A stretch of DNA of 32,000 nt from positions 210,001-242,000 of the forward strand of contig CP064967.1 of NCBI GenBank assembly GCA_016699265.1, in the 5' to 3' direction. Within the stretch, counting starts at the first letter, position 1. Every line of letters begins with the position of its first letter. A program made the position numbers and the translations under genes. A model generated the notes under the pieces. It did not search any database, was not told the origin of the DNA, and was given only the letters and a program-made list of their open reading frames with translations. Of this stretch, positions 6,794 through 16,253 are shown piece after piece. This stretch comes from Candidatus Saccharimonadota bacterium (GTDB lineage: Bacteria > Patescibacteriota > Microgenomatia > UBA1406 > GWC2-37-13).

Positions 6794-8434
6794 TTAAAGG
6801 CTCCCCATTTCTTTTCTTGTTTCCATCTCTTTCTTTTTTTGAGTTATGCGTAACAATTCACGTTCTTGACGTTCAACTTGCTTGAACTCCTCTTCTTCCA
6901 TATTTACTGATGCCACCTCATAAAGCAGACTATTTCTTAAGCTAAAATTCTTTCAGCATTTAACTTTTGATTCTTTTACATATATTTCTGCAATTGCTTC
7001 AGCTACGTGAAAATTAATATAAAATTCTGTATCTTTTACCAGGAGGTATCCTTTAAATCCTATATTTATATACACTTCTATAATTTGGTCTTGAGTAATA
7101 ATTGTCTCCTTATCGATAGTGTCGTTGCCTAGATTTTCTAGAAAAAATTCAAATCTAAATTTTTTCCACCTACCATAATGAATTTTGCTTTTTTTGCTTG
7201 TGTCTTTTTTGGAACCCTTTGATCATTTGCCTGATCCACTTCATCTGGAGTTTCTTCTCTTGCGACTTTAACATTTTGCTCACGAGTTTCCAGTTCTGCG
7301 GGTTGCCCATCCTTAGAACGTTTGGCTTGTTTCAAATCAGGAAATGCCAATTCTTTAAACTCGTCTACTCGATTTAATGCCTGCAGAAGCTTGTCTTTTA
7401 AAGTTTCGCGCTTTTCCCAAATTGGCATTTCTTCTGATTTTTCTGCACTTGCTCTGTCGGTTGCAAGATTCTTTATTTCATCAATTTTTCCTTTTAACCG
7501 TCTTCCAAGATAATTTTCGGTTTGGTCACCCCAAAATTTTCTATAAATTCCTTAAATTCTCCTGATTCTAAAATGAATTCTCTTTTATTGTGTGTAACAG
7601 GAACAGGATCTAGATTAATCTCTCCTGTTATGTGCATTACAGAAGGATGGTAACTATAGCCCAATTTTTCTGCAGATTTAATTAACCTTCCCTCCTAAAC
7701 AAACTAAATCCGCTTTGCTTCTGTGAGCCAACCATTAATAACCCGTACCAACCGTTAATTTCACGCCCATTTGAAAGAGTATGTTTGAATTCTGTTTTGG
7801 TATTTCCCACGAGTTGAGGCTCGATAGGTATACAAGCTTTGGCGGATTTTTCCTAAGCCTACCTTTATGACAACGTTGTTGTGTACTATGTATGGACCAT
7901 ACCTTTTTGATAAATCATCCTTTATTCTTGTCACTAGCGCGTCGTAGAGTTTAATTTTAGTTTCGTAATTTCAATAGTTGTTCCGTGTAGCTCGATAGGA
8001 GCTTGTTCAATCGTCATTGGATAATCGTTCCAGTTCTCAGTCTTTAGGAATTCTTCCTTATCATATGAAAGAATAAATCGCTTATTTGATTCAAATTCAG
8101 TAGTGTAAACCTTGAAGTGTGCGCCAAGACTGCTGCAAGCCGATTTCAAACCAAGTCCGAATTCCCCAATGCATCATGTTTTTGAGTGTGCGAGAACTAG
8201 AGATTTTGCAGCAGATTCTTTATTCATTCCCCTCCCGTTATCTTCAATGATTATTTTCTCGTCTCTTTTATCTAAAATTACATATATTTCTACGCCTTCC
8301 TCATTTTATATCAATTTGAGTTATCAACAAGTTCAGCTTTTATATCGGATACAGAGTAATTGGCTTCACCGATTTTGTGGTAGATACTTTTATCGGGAGT
8401 TATGTCTATTTTTTTCTACTTTAGTTGGTTCCAT
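6794..8434 (-). pseudogene. GHKL / HSP90-like ATPase (HATPase_c_3, MORC-like) gene, heavily frameshifted; 3' boundary uncertain
   Basis: Minus-strand pieces read MEPTKVEK.., ..IYHKIGEANYSVSDIKAELVDNS.., ..EIYVILDKRDEKIIIEDNGRGMNKESAAKSL.. and ..GEFGLGLKSACSSLGAHFKVYT... Then ..NGWYGLL..SGFSLFRR..LGYSYHPSVMHITGEINLDPVPVTHNKREF... follow in changing frames. Confidence 0.65.
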
Positions 8435-8637
8435 AATGTTAAGTGATATTTATGATCCATACTACACTAGTGGGGGTTAATTGTCAAGTGCCTTTAAAGA
8501 TTCGTGCCTAAAAATTAAGCCACAACTCACTTCAAAGCTGTAACTGCATTTTATTTATTTAAGTAAATTTCAGCAAAGATTTTCCAAAGTTGCTTGAATA
8601 AGTAGGATAGGCTATATTAGGAATATCACGAAGCATT

Positions 8638-10610
8638 TTGGAAATAAATCATTTTAGTATAAATCAAAGACGTTATTTGGGTTCAAAAACAAAACTCCTT
8701 AACTTTATTGATGACACTCTCGAAAGGAAAAGATAGAGTTTGAGTCATTTGCCGATATATTTGCAGGGACAGGAACCTTTCAAAAAATCATTTCTATGAT
8801 CGTTCACGAGTAATCATTAATGATATTTTGGATTCCAACAATCACATCTATCATGCATTTTTGGCAATGACAATTTACGAGAAGACAGGCTTAAGGAACG
8901 CCTAAAACTCTACAACTCTCTTGAGCTAAAAAATTATAACGATAATTATTTTTCGGAAAACTTTTCCAATACTTACTTTGACGAAAAAAATTCAAAGAAA
9001 ATAGGAATCATACGAGACGATATAGAAAAGTTGTTTAAAGAGAAAATAATTACAAACAGAGAGAAGTCGTATTTACTAACGTCTTTGATTTACGCGCTTG
9101 ACAGAATTGCAAATACAGTAGGACACTACGATGCTTATAGAAAAATTAGTATTCCAGAAAAACGATTATTCTTATTACCCCTTGATATTAGGTTATCAAA
9201 ATACTCTGCAGAAATATACAAAGACGATGCGAACGAATTAGTAAAAAGAATCAAAGCGGATATTGTCTATATCGACCCACCATATAATTCGCGGCAATAC
9301 TCGGATGGCTATCACTTGCTTGAAAATATTGCGACCTGGAAGAAAGAGGAAGTTTTTGGCGTAGCAAAAAAAATCAATCGTTCGCATATTAAGAGTAGGT
9401 ACAACATGAAATCTGCAGGAGTTGCCTTTGGCGAACTGATAGATAATATTGACGCAAAATATATTCTAGTTTCTTACAACGATATGGGTGGTTCTGGTAA
9501 CGCTCGTTCGCAATCACGAATAAGCGATCACGAGATTCTATCCGTACTAAAACGGAAAGGCCAAGTGCAGCTATTCGAAACTGGCTTCAAACAATTTACT
9601 ACTGGCAAATCAAGCAAAGACGACCTAAAGGAACGTATATTTCTATGTAAAATAAATGTTACAACAAAGACTAGTAGGGCGGTTGTTGCATCTTGGAGAA
9701 ATCCTGTTCAGAACGGATTTGTGAAGTCGCCATTGAACTATACAGGAGGAAAACACAAATTGTTACCTCAGATAACTAAGCTATTCCCAAATGACATAAA
9801 AACATTTTATGATGTTTTTTCGGGAGGTGCAAATGTTGGGATTAATGCTAATGCCCAAAATACCATTTGTGTAGAGAAAAATAGATATGTCGTTAATCTC
9901 TTAAATTTGATAAAAAATAATAATTTTGAAGATCTGAATCAAAGGGTAATTGACATCATAGATAACTTCGGTTTAAGCAAGAGCTATATCAAGGGTTATG
10001 ATTTTTATCATGCCGATAGTTCGGCTGGACTAGGACAATACAATAAAAGTAAATTTTTGGAACTTCGCAATGAGTTCAATAAAGATAAAACCAGAATTGA
10101 TCTTTTGCTCGTGCTTGTTCTTTATTCATTCAACAATCAAATCAGATTTAATTCGAAGGGAGATTATAATCTACCTGTTGGAAAACGAGATTATAATGGT
10201 AGCTCAAGAAAAAAACGTTGCCGCCTTTAATCAAATTTCAAATGAGAAAAAATTGATTTTAAAATTGGTGATTTTAGAGATATAGAAAAAAATAGATTTG
10301 GTAAAAAATGATTTTGTTTATTTTGACCCGCCATATTTGTTGGGACTTGCGAGTTATAACGAGTTGGGTGGATGGACTGAAAATGATGAACGGGACTTGT
10401 ACGCACTACTTACTCGACTTAACGATAAAGGTATCAGATTTGCCTTATCAAACGTTCTGGAACATAAAGGCGAGATTAACAAAATAATAAAGGCTTGGGC
10501 AAATAAAGGAAACTCAATTTTACAAATTGAAGTACCACTACAAAAACTCAAATTATCACTCAACTGCTAAAAATAATAATACCGTTGAAGTGCTGATAAC
10601 TAACTATTGA
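8638..10610 (+). pseudogene. Two-domain (FokI-type) N6-adenine DNA methyltransferase of a type IIS R-M system, with multiple frameshifts
   Basis: N-terminus ..RRYLGSKTKLLNFIDDTLERK / IEFESFADIFAGTGT. The first DPPY (IVYIDPPYNSRQYSDGYHLLENI) is at 9274. The second domain reads VKSPLNYTGGKHKLLPQITKLFPNDIKTFYDVFSGGANVGINA with a second DPPY (FVYFDPPYLLG) at 10325. The C-terminus ..NTVEVLITNY ends at a stop at 10608-10610. At least five frame changes, those I traced at A/T runs. Confidence 0.85.
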
Positions 10611-10630
10611 TTTTGCGATACAATAGGATC

Positions 10631-12440
10631 ATGTTAAAAGCGTGGTCAATCACAACCACTGTTCGTAATCCTGAAAGATTAAGTTCTTTTTAGTTGCCCT
10701 ACAACCCCTAGTCGGCAAAGAGTGGAACATTGAAAATCAAGAAAGTTACCAAAAACTATTAATTAAAAATCGATTGTATGGCTATGGCAACCAACAATTC
10801 TATAATGGATTGCCTCGCGAGATTATTGATTTAGTGAATAATGTAGATAATGAGCTTAGCGCGTCAATAGTAGATCGCATTGTTGACCTAAAGAATTATA
10901 GAGATTTTGCAATGCGCGGTCGTCAATCGCTTAACCCTCTCACTAAGTTCGGATTTGTCTTTGTTGATGACAATATTCTGAAGATTACCGAACTAGGTCT
11001 TAAACTTATTGCCAGTGAGAAAGATCATGGCGATGTTTTCCTAAAATCCTTCATAAAATGGCAGATACCAAATCCAGCTAGCGATGATTTTGCTAACAAT
11101 GGTGACTACGGTGTTGTTCCGTTTGTGGCAACGTTAAAATTGATAAGCGAAGTAAATATACTCGAGGCGGAACGAGGGATTAAACCAGTCGGCATAAGCA
11201 AACGAGAGTTTTCTTTATTCTTCCCAACATTAGTGAAATATACTGACATATCAAGATTTGCAAATGAAATTATAAAACTGCGTGATTCGCAGAAGAATAA
11301 GACAAAGCAAGAACGCAAAACAATTCGTGACAGCTATCGCAAGAACTTCGCCACAAACTTTTTAGGCACAAGAGAACAGGCAAAAATTGACAAGTTGCTT
11401 ACGAATTTGCGGGATTATGGCGATAACGCTATTAGGTATTTTCGTTTAACTAAGTTTATTCGTATTCGCGGAAGAGGATTTTATGTTGATTTAGAATCCA
11501 ATCGCCATACGGAAATTGAAGCGCTATTCGAAAGTGAGTTCTACAAGCCGAAAATTTTCGCAAATAGGAATGATTATCTCAATCATATGTCAAATGATAG
11601 ATTACCGAAGTTGCCTTGGCAAGCAAAGGATAAATTGGTTGAGATTGCGACAGAAATTTCCAGCGAAATTAAGACGTTGCGGCAAAACCTTGGGCAATCA
11701 ACACAAGAAGTTAGAAGTCTCGAACCGATGACGGAAGATGAACTCACTAAATACATCTATAATTTGAGAGAAGTACGAATAGAATTGCAAGAAAAGATAA
11801 TCGTATTAAATCACAACCCGTTGAATCAATTACAGAGTATATTGATCAACTTGAGAATATCTTTAAGTCTGAAAACCGTGCTTTAATGCTTGAGTACCTA
11901 TCAACAATGGGGCTTTACGCAATTAACGATGCGATAGAAATCAAACCGAACTACCCAGTTGGTGATGACAATCAACCAACGACTACTGCTCCAGGAGGAA
12001 TGGCTGACATCGAGTGCTACTACAAAGACTTTAACATGATTGGAGAAGTTACGATGCTGAATGGTCGCGACCAATGGTTTAATGAAGGGCAGCCAGTTAT
12101 GCGCCATTTACGTGATTTTGAGAATAAAAACCGAAATGCTTACTGCCTGTTTATTGCTCCAAAGATTCACACAGATAGTGCGGAAACATTCTGGCGTGCA
12201 AATACTTCTGGCTATAAGGGTGGAAGACAGAGAATCGCCCCAATTACAATAAGCCAGTTCGTAGAAGTGTTGAAGACACTTAAACGATTGCGTGAGTCAA
12301 ATCAAATATTCACACACGATAAATTACAAGACCTAGTAAAAAGCATTGCGGATAGTGCCAATGCGATAAATAATTCAGACGATTGGATAGCAAACACTCA
12401 GGGCCTCTTAAGTGCTTGGTCCGCCGCATTAAATAGTTAG
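10631..12440 (+). pseudogene. AlwI/BstNBI/PleI/MlyI-family type IIS restriction endonuclease with two frameshifts
   Basis: MLKAWSITTTVRNPERL.. (10631), then a frame change at the T-run near 10700. Motifs are LTKFGFVFVDDNILKITELG...DVFLKSFIKWQIPNP and NAIRYFRLTKFIRIRG. A second frame change lies at an A-run near 11800. The C-terminal part has GGMADIECYYKDFNMIGEVT...YCLFIAPKI. These match my memory of N.BstNBI. Confidence 0.85.
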
Positions 12441-12541
12441 AATTCGATGCGGTCCATATAGCCTCAATCTTTACTTCTGCATGCGACTTGAAAGTAAGAA
12501 CTGTTTATTGATTTTGGGAAGAGCGCTCGTAGAGAGTGGAA

Positions 12542-14025
12542 CTAGGAGACTTCGGTGCGGAGGAACTCAAAGAGCTGGACCATGGCTAATGTGTCGAGTC
12601 CGCAGTATGCAAGGAGGTCTTCGGCGATCTTATCTTTTTGATCGGTGTTCTCACCTTCGAGGAAGGTCTCCTTCCAGACGCGGGAGGCGGTCCCTCCTTC
12701 TTTAATGTGAAGTTTCTTGTAGGAAATCTCGGAGATCAGAACAGGAAAGACTTTTTTAATTGAGGCGCTTCCAAAAAATCTTTGTCGACGAACCAGCCAG
12801 AAGCAAACGGAACCATAAGATCTACGATCCGTTCGTTGAGTTGCTTCATCTGTTGCGCGTACTCAGGAAACATGAGTCCAAGCTCCTCATTGCGTCCTTT
12901 CTCAAAGGACTCATACCAGACCAGAACGGTGCCCCTTTTCTCCGATGTCCTCTACCAACTGCTTGATAAGAGGAAGGCCTGGATTTGAGTTCTGCGTGTG
13001 AAGAAATTCTTTGTGAGTGAGCGTTCCGTCCTCATCGAGCCGATGAATCGAGTACTGGAAAGGCATCTGCTGGTACGGATGGAGACCATCAAAGGGTGGG
13101 ATGACGGCGCTAAAGGTCTCGTAGTCGAAAAATACAGAGGATACTCAAACTTCGCTAGGAAGTCCTTGATGTTTTCTTTGTTCACCTCTCGCCTATCTGC
13201 TTTGGTTGCGGTCACCTGCCGTTGCTGTTTACTGTTGAGTTTTGAATCCTTCTGGAATTTCGGCAATCGTCTTTACTCGAGGTCTTCGAGCTCTCCCACA
13301 ATCTGTGGATTAAGATGTGTCAGCTTAAAGATGTTGTGCGGATGATCCTGTGGAAACATCGCCTCATAGATCGCCATCCACTCATCAAGAGCTCGTAGCC
13401 CCACATGACGAGGCGAAAAGTCCGGAGGAAGTGGTGAGTGAGCGACCATCAGGGCATGTTGAATCTGCTTCTTGGTGTACTCGAGCTTGGCCTTTACCTG
13501 ATCGGTGACCTCGGTCTGCGTTGCGAGCTTTGCAACCTCGACGTCGCCCGCTCGCTCAAACTTATTATTCACATGAACGACAAAAACTTTCCGAACCTTA
13601 AGTCCTGCTTTTTCCAGAACAACGGTCTGAAATGCAAGATCTAGGATATGATCTTCCTTAACCTCGGTACTGGACTTAATTTCATAGAGATCGTATTCGG
13701 ACTCCCCTACTCTCTCGATAACGTCAAAGATACAGGTAATCTCTCCCGCTTCAAGCCGTCCCTGAAGAATTATTTTTGCTCCAGACTCAATAACCTCCTT
13801 GGTTCTCACCGGCATCGTACGATAATTATTCTCCTCAAAGCTGAAGCCTACAGTCGTCGCATCGGGGAAGAGTTGCTCGGCATACTTCTCAAACTCATGT
13901 CCGTCATCAAACATCGCCTGCAGAGCGTCATCTACCGGAGGAAGCTTGCCTTTGTCGTGTTTTTTGAGCCATAACCACGCAGGATGTTTGAGGAACATCA
14001 TGTACTCGGTCTTAGACAGTTGCAT
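12542..14025 (-). pseudogene. DUF2779 (Cas4-like PD-(D/E)xK) protein with one in-frame TAA and at least three frameshifts
   Basis: Motifs are MQLSKTEYMMFLKHPAWLWLKKH.. and DLYEIKSST. An in-frame TAA lies at 13275-13273. After YPLYF the sequence continues only after frame changes at T-, G- and G-runs (..FDYETFSAVIPPFDGLHPYQQMPFQYSIH.., ..LVWYESFEKGRN.., ..AYCGLDTLAMVQLFEFL), with the stop at 12544-12542. Confidence 0.8.
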
Positions 14026-14127
14026 AAGCCATTCTACTTGGTTTTGGGCAAGAGGTGGGAGCGTAGATCGTATCACGTATAACGTATAAGGTATCTCGTA
14101 TGGAGAAATGGGGCAGGAGTTTAATAC

Positions 14128-14153
14128 TTGACTGGTTTAGTTTCTGGTATAAT
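14128..14153 (+). promoter_or_regulatory. Promoter-like module TTGACTGG-N9-TGGTATAAT, convergent on the MazF-like gene
   Basis: TTGACT at 14128-14133, a 14-nt spacer, TGg at 14145-14147 and TATAAT at 14148-14153. Same geometry as 3724..3749. No protein gene lies downstream on this strand. Confidence 0.5.
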
Positions 14154-14159
14154 TATCGT

Positions 14160-14226
14160 ACAAATGGCTTCGGCCCTCCCCGCTTGCGGGGTAACAAAAT
14201 CAGGCAATCAAACGCCTGATTTTTTC
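14160..14226 (+). ncRNA. Candidate ~65-nt RNA antisense to the 3' end of the MazF-like toxin gene (ends approximate)
   Basis: Lies between the promoter module and the terminator. It contains three hairpins: GGC-UUCG-GCC, CCCCGC-UU-GCGGGG and AUCAGGC-N8-GCCUGAU followed by a U-run. It overlaps toxin codons and the stop at 14200-14226. Predicted only. Confidence 0.35.
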
Positions 14227-14230
14227 TTTT
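14199..14230. terminator. Bidirectional intrinsic terminator overlapping the MazF-like stop codon
   Basis: 7-bp stem ATCAGGC/GCCTGAT. TTTTTCTTTT follows on the + strand and TTTTGTTA follows on the - strand. Confidence 0.6.
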
Positions 14231-14592
14231 AAGGAGATAAAATCATTCTTTCTCACAGTTCCAATCTTATACTTTAGCCTTTTTACATCAAGTAATCTTA
14301 TTTGAGAAAGTATTGCCGTACTTCTAACACCTTTGTTAAAAGATAGAACGAAGTTAAATGGTCTATTTGGCTTGACTCTTTTGGTTAATGGAATTGCCCA
14401 GCATATTTCGTTATTGAATTTTTTCAACACTATAACTGGGCGTAGATAAGAATCTCCCCGTCCATCCTGTTCAAAGCCTACGTTTTCTCCTAAGTGACAG
14501 AACCAGACCTCTCGTTCACTAAAAAATACACGATCTTGATTGTTATTTATTCGTTTTTTCTCCTTGTGCCACTTCAGATAATTTTTATCCAT
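14200..14592 (-). CDS. PemK/MazF-family endoribonuclease toxin, with no adjacent antitoxin ORF
   Basis: REVWFCHLGENVGFEQDGRGDSYLRPVIVLK, CWAIPLTKR and STAILSQIRLLDVKRL align by eye with Bacillus EndoA/MazF ([26 protein letters not shown] ... SVILLEQIRTIDKQRL). Confidence 0.85.
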   Translation of the reverse strand: MDKNYLKWHKEKKRINNNQDRVFFSEREVWFCHLGENVGFEQDGRGDSYLRPVIVLKKFNNEICWAIPLTKRVKPNRPFNFVLSFNKGVRSTAILSQIRLLDVKRLKYKIGTVRKNDFISLKEKIRRLIA

Positions 14593-14598
14593 ATCTCA

Positions 14599-14635
14599 TA
14601 TCTACCAAAGAGCGTTGTGATTGTCAGTCGCTTAT
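14599..14635 (-). promoter_or_regulatory. Leaderless sigma70-type promoter, homologous to 4262..4298
   Basis: Minus strand reads ATAAGCGACTGACAA, with -35 CTGACA at 14627-14622, a 17-nt spacer, -10 TAGATA at 14604-14599, then 6 nt to the ATG at 14592. Confidence 0.6.
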
Positions 14636-14676
14636 ATGCTACAAAACAGTTATTTTAGGTTGTTGGACAAGTATAT

Positions 14677-15921
14677 TTACGCATATAAATCTTCGAGTTC
14701 TTTGATGGCGCCAAAGGAGATTCGGTCAAGTACCTCACTATTCATTCCCATCATAATCGCCGGAGTGACCACGTACTCACCATATCGATCATTGATCATG
14801 TCAACAGCCTCCGAGACCTTACGGTCCTTGTTCGCATACTCAAAGAGCTCGTCCTGCGACGCGTTGGAGTCCACCAGTCCGTAACAGCTTATGGTAATTT
14901 TAGAAATTGGTTTTTTTGCTGGCTGGAGATTGAGAATGTAGAGCGCGCGCTTAAAAAACTCCTGAGTTGTGTACGCTTCGGTGTGAAAGGTCTTACCCTT
15001 GTGCCAGTAGGTACCGTCGTTATAGATCATCCCCACATGAAAGCCGTGTGCCGCCTTCTGTACCCCACGCACTCGCCGCCCCATCTTCTCAACGAGCTTC
15101 ATCACGATTCGTGCAACTTCCTTAGGATCATTGGTGTGTTTTTTTAGCGCATAGTCCTGTCCATAAGACTTGCGGGTAAACTCCACATCGTCCATCTCAA
15201 ATCCGCGCAAACGGAAGTACCAGTACTTGCCCACAATTGACTGGAAGACCTGTTTGCGAAGCGTAATCTCTGAGGAGTGTAAAAACTCAAGCGGGGTGAA
15301 GATACCATTTGCATTCAGCCGAGCCTCATATCTTTTGTTAATACCATTAAGATCGATCAGCGTAACTTTGGAATATATATCTAAGAGATTTCCGTGATCG
15401 ACAATATCGAGTCCGTCCGGCTTGTGAAGTGAGGCGGCAAGTTTGGCTAGAAAGCGGTTGGTACTAATCCCAACATTGCAGCTTATCCAGTCCCCTATCT
15501 CCTGACGAAAGCGTAACTTAATTTCTTTGGCAATCGTGACAAGATCGATGTTGAGATGCTCCATGCCGTGAAAGTCGATGATAAGCTCATCGATGCTTTT
15601 GGGTGCAACATTGGGCGAGTAGTCACGGCAGATATTTCTAAACTTGATGTGCACATCTCGCACCAAGACCGGATCGGATGGTCGCACGATAAGATCTGGA
15701 AAAAGAAGTTTTCCCTCACGTACCGTCATGCCGGTTTTGATGCCGTAACGCTTTGCCTCGATAGATGGGGCCAAGATACAACCATTGGGCGTGGTGTATG
15801 CTGCAATCGCAATCGGCTTCCCCCGCAGATGCGGAAAGGCTTGCTGAATGCAGGTGGCAAAACACGAGTTGAGGTCGATGTGCATGACCAGCGGACTGTT
15901 CTTGTTAATTTGTAGTTCCAT
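14677..15921 (-). CDS. Y-family (DinB/UmuC-type) translesion DNA polymerase
   Basis: 414 aa. The N-terminal HIDLNSCFATCIQQ..LRGKPIAIA ...SIEAKRYGIKTGM is the standard Y-family palm/finger signature. Confidence 0.9.
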   Translation of the reverse strand: MELQINKNSPLVMHIDLNSCFATCIQQAFPHLRGKPIAIAAYTTPNGCILAPSIEAKRYGIKTGMTVREGKLLFPDLIVRPSDPVLVRDVHIKFRNICRDYSPNVAPKSIDELIIDFHGMEHLNIDLVTIAKEIKLRFRQEIGDWISCNVGISTNRFLAKLAASLHKPDGLDIVDHGNLLDIYSKVTLIDLNGINKRYEARLNANGIFTPLEFLHSSEITLRKQVFQSIVGKYWYFRLRGFEMDDVEFTRKSYGQDYALKKHTNDPKEVARIVMKLVEKMGRRVRGVQKAAHGFHVGMIYNDGTYWHKGKTFHTEAYTTQEFFKRALYILNLQPAKKPISKITISCYGLVDSNASQDELFEYANKDRKVSEAVDMINDRYGEYVVTPAIMMGMNSEVLDRISFGAIKELEDLYA

Positions 15922-16162
15922 CTGTTACCTCCTTTAAAATCCAGTGGAGCGTATCGCTGTTAAACTCCAGTCGCATATCGATGTTCTCGGTTGAGACATT
16001 AAAGATATGGGTTATGACTCTCCCCTCGCGGGACTTGTGGTAATACGCAAGTTTTTCAACAAGATAGCTTCGCCCTTGCCACCGCACCTTATAGGGCATC
16101 GCTCCTTTTTCTCGATTGTATACCGTGATTACCTCTACTCGTTCATTTATTTGTTCGTTCAT
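15905..16162 (-). CDS. Small (85 aa) hypothetical protein translationally coupled to the Y-family polymerase
   Basis: MNEQINERVEVITVYNREKG... is preceded by AAAGGGGAG. It overlaps the polymerase start by 17 nt. The longer track ORF start at 16213 would run through the SOS box and promoter. Confidence 0.55.
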   Translation of the reverse strand: MNEQINERVEVITVYNREKGAMPYKVRWQGRSYLVEKLAYYHKSREGRVITHIFNVSTENIDMRLEFNSDTLHWILKEVTDGTTN

Positions 16163-16195
16163 ACTCGTCTCCCCTTTCACGCGCCATATATATAC

Positions 16196-16215
16196 TAGTG
16201 AACGACTGTTCACTA
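16196..16215. promoter_or_regulatory. LexA/DinR-type SOS box (Cheo box) in a divergent promoter region
   Basis: Perfect 20-bp palindrome TAGTGAAC-GACT-GTTCACTA. The core GAAC-N4-GTTC lies at 16200-16211, between the polymerase operon (-) and the SRAP gene (+). Confidence 0.7.
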
Positions 16216-16253
16216 AGTCAAGGGGAAATTACTATCGTGCTATAATCTTCTGT

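Noticed and set aside
6871-6887. The palindrome GTTCAA-CTTGC-TTGAAC, considered as a second SOS box
   Set aside because: The half-sites are in the opposite arrangement (GTTC...GAAC) with 7-nt spacing, and it lies inside the degraded ATPase gene. It is not a Cheo box.
4500-14025. An alternative genetic code (for example TGA recoding, as in some candidate phyla) as an explanation for the broken genes
   Set aside because: The breaks are frame changes plus one TAA, not in-frame TGAs. Well-conserved genes in the window, such as the MazF-like gene and the ABC ATPase, terminate at TGA at the expected protein ends.
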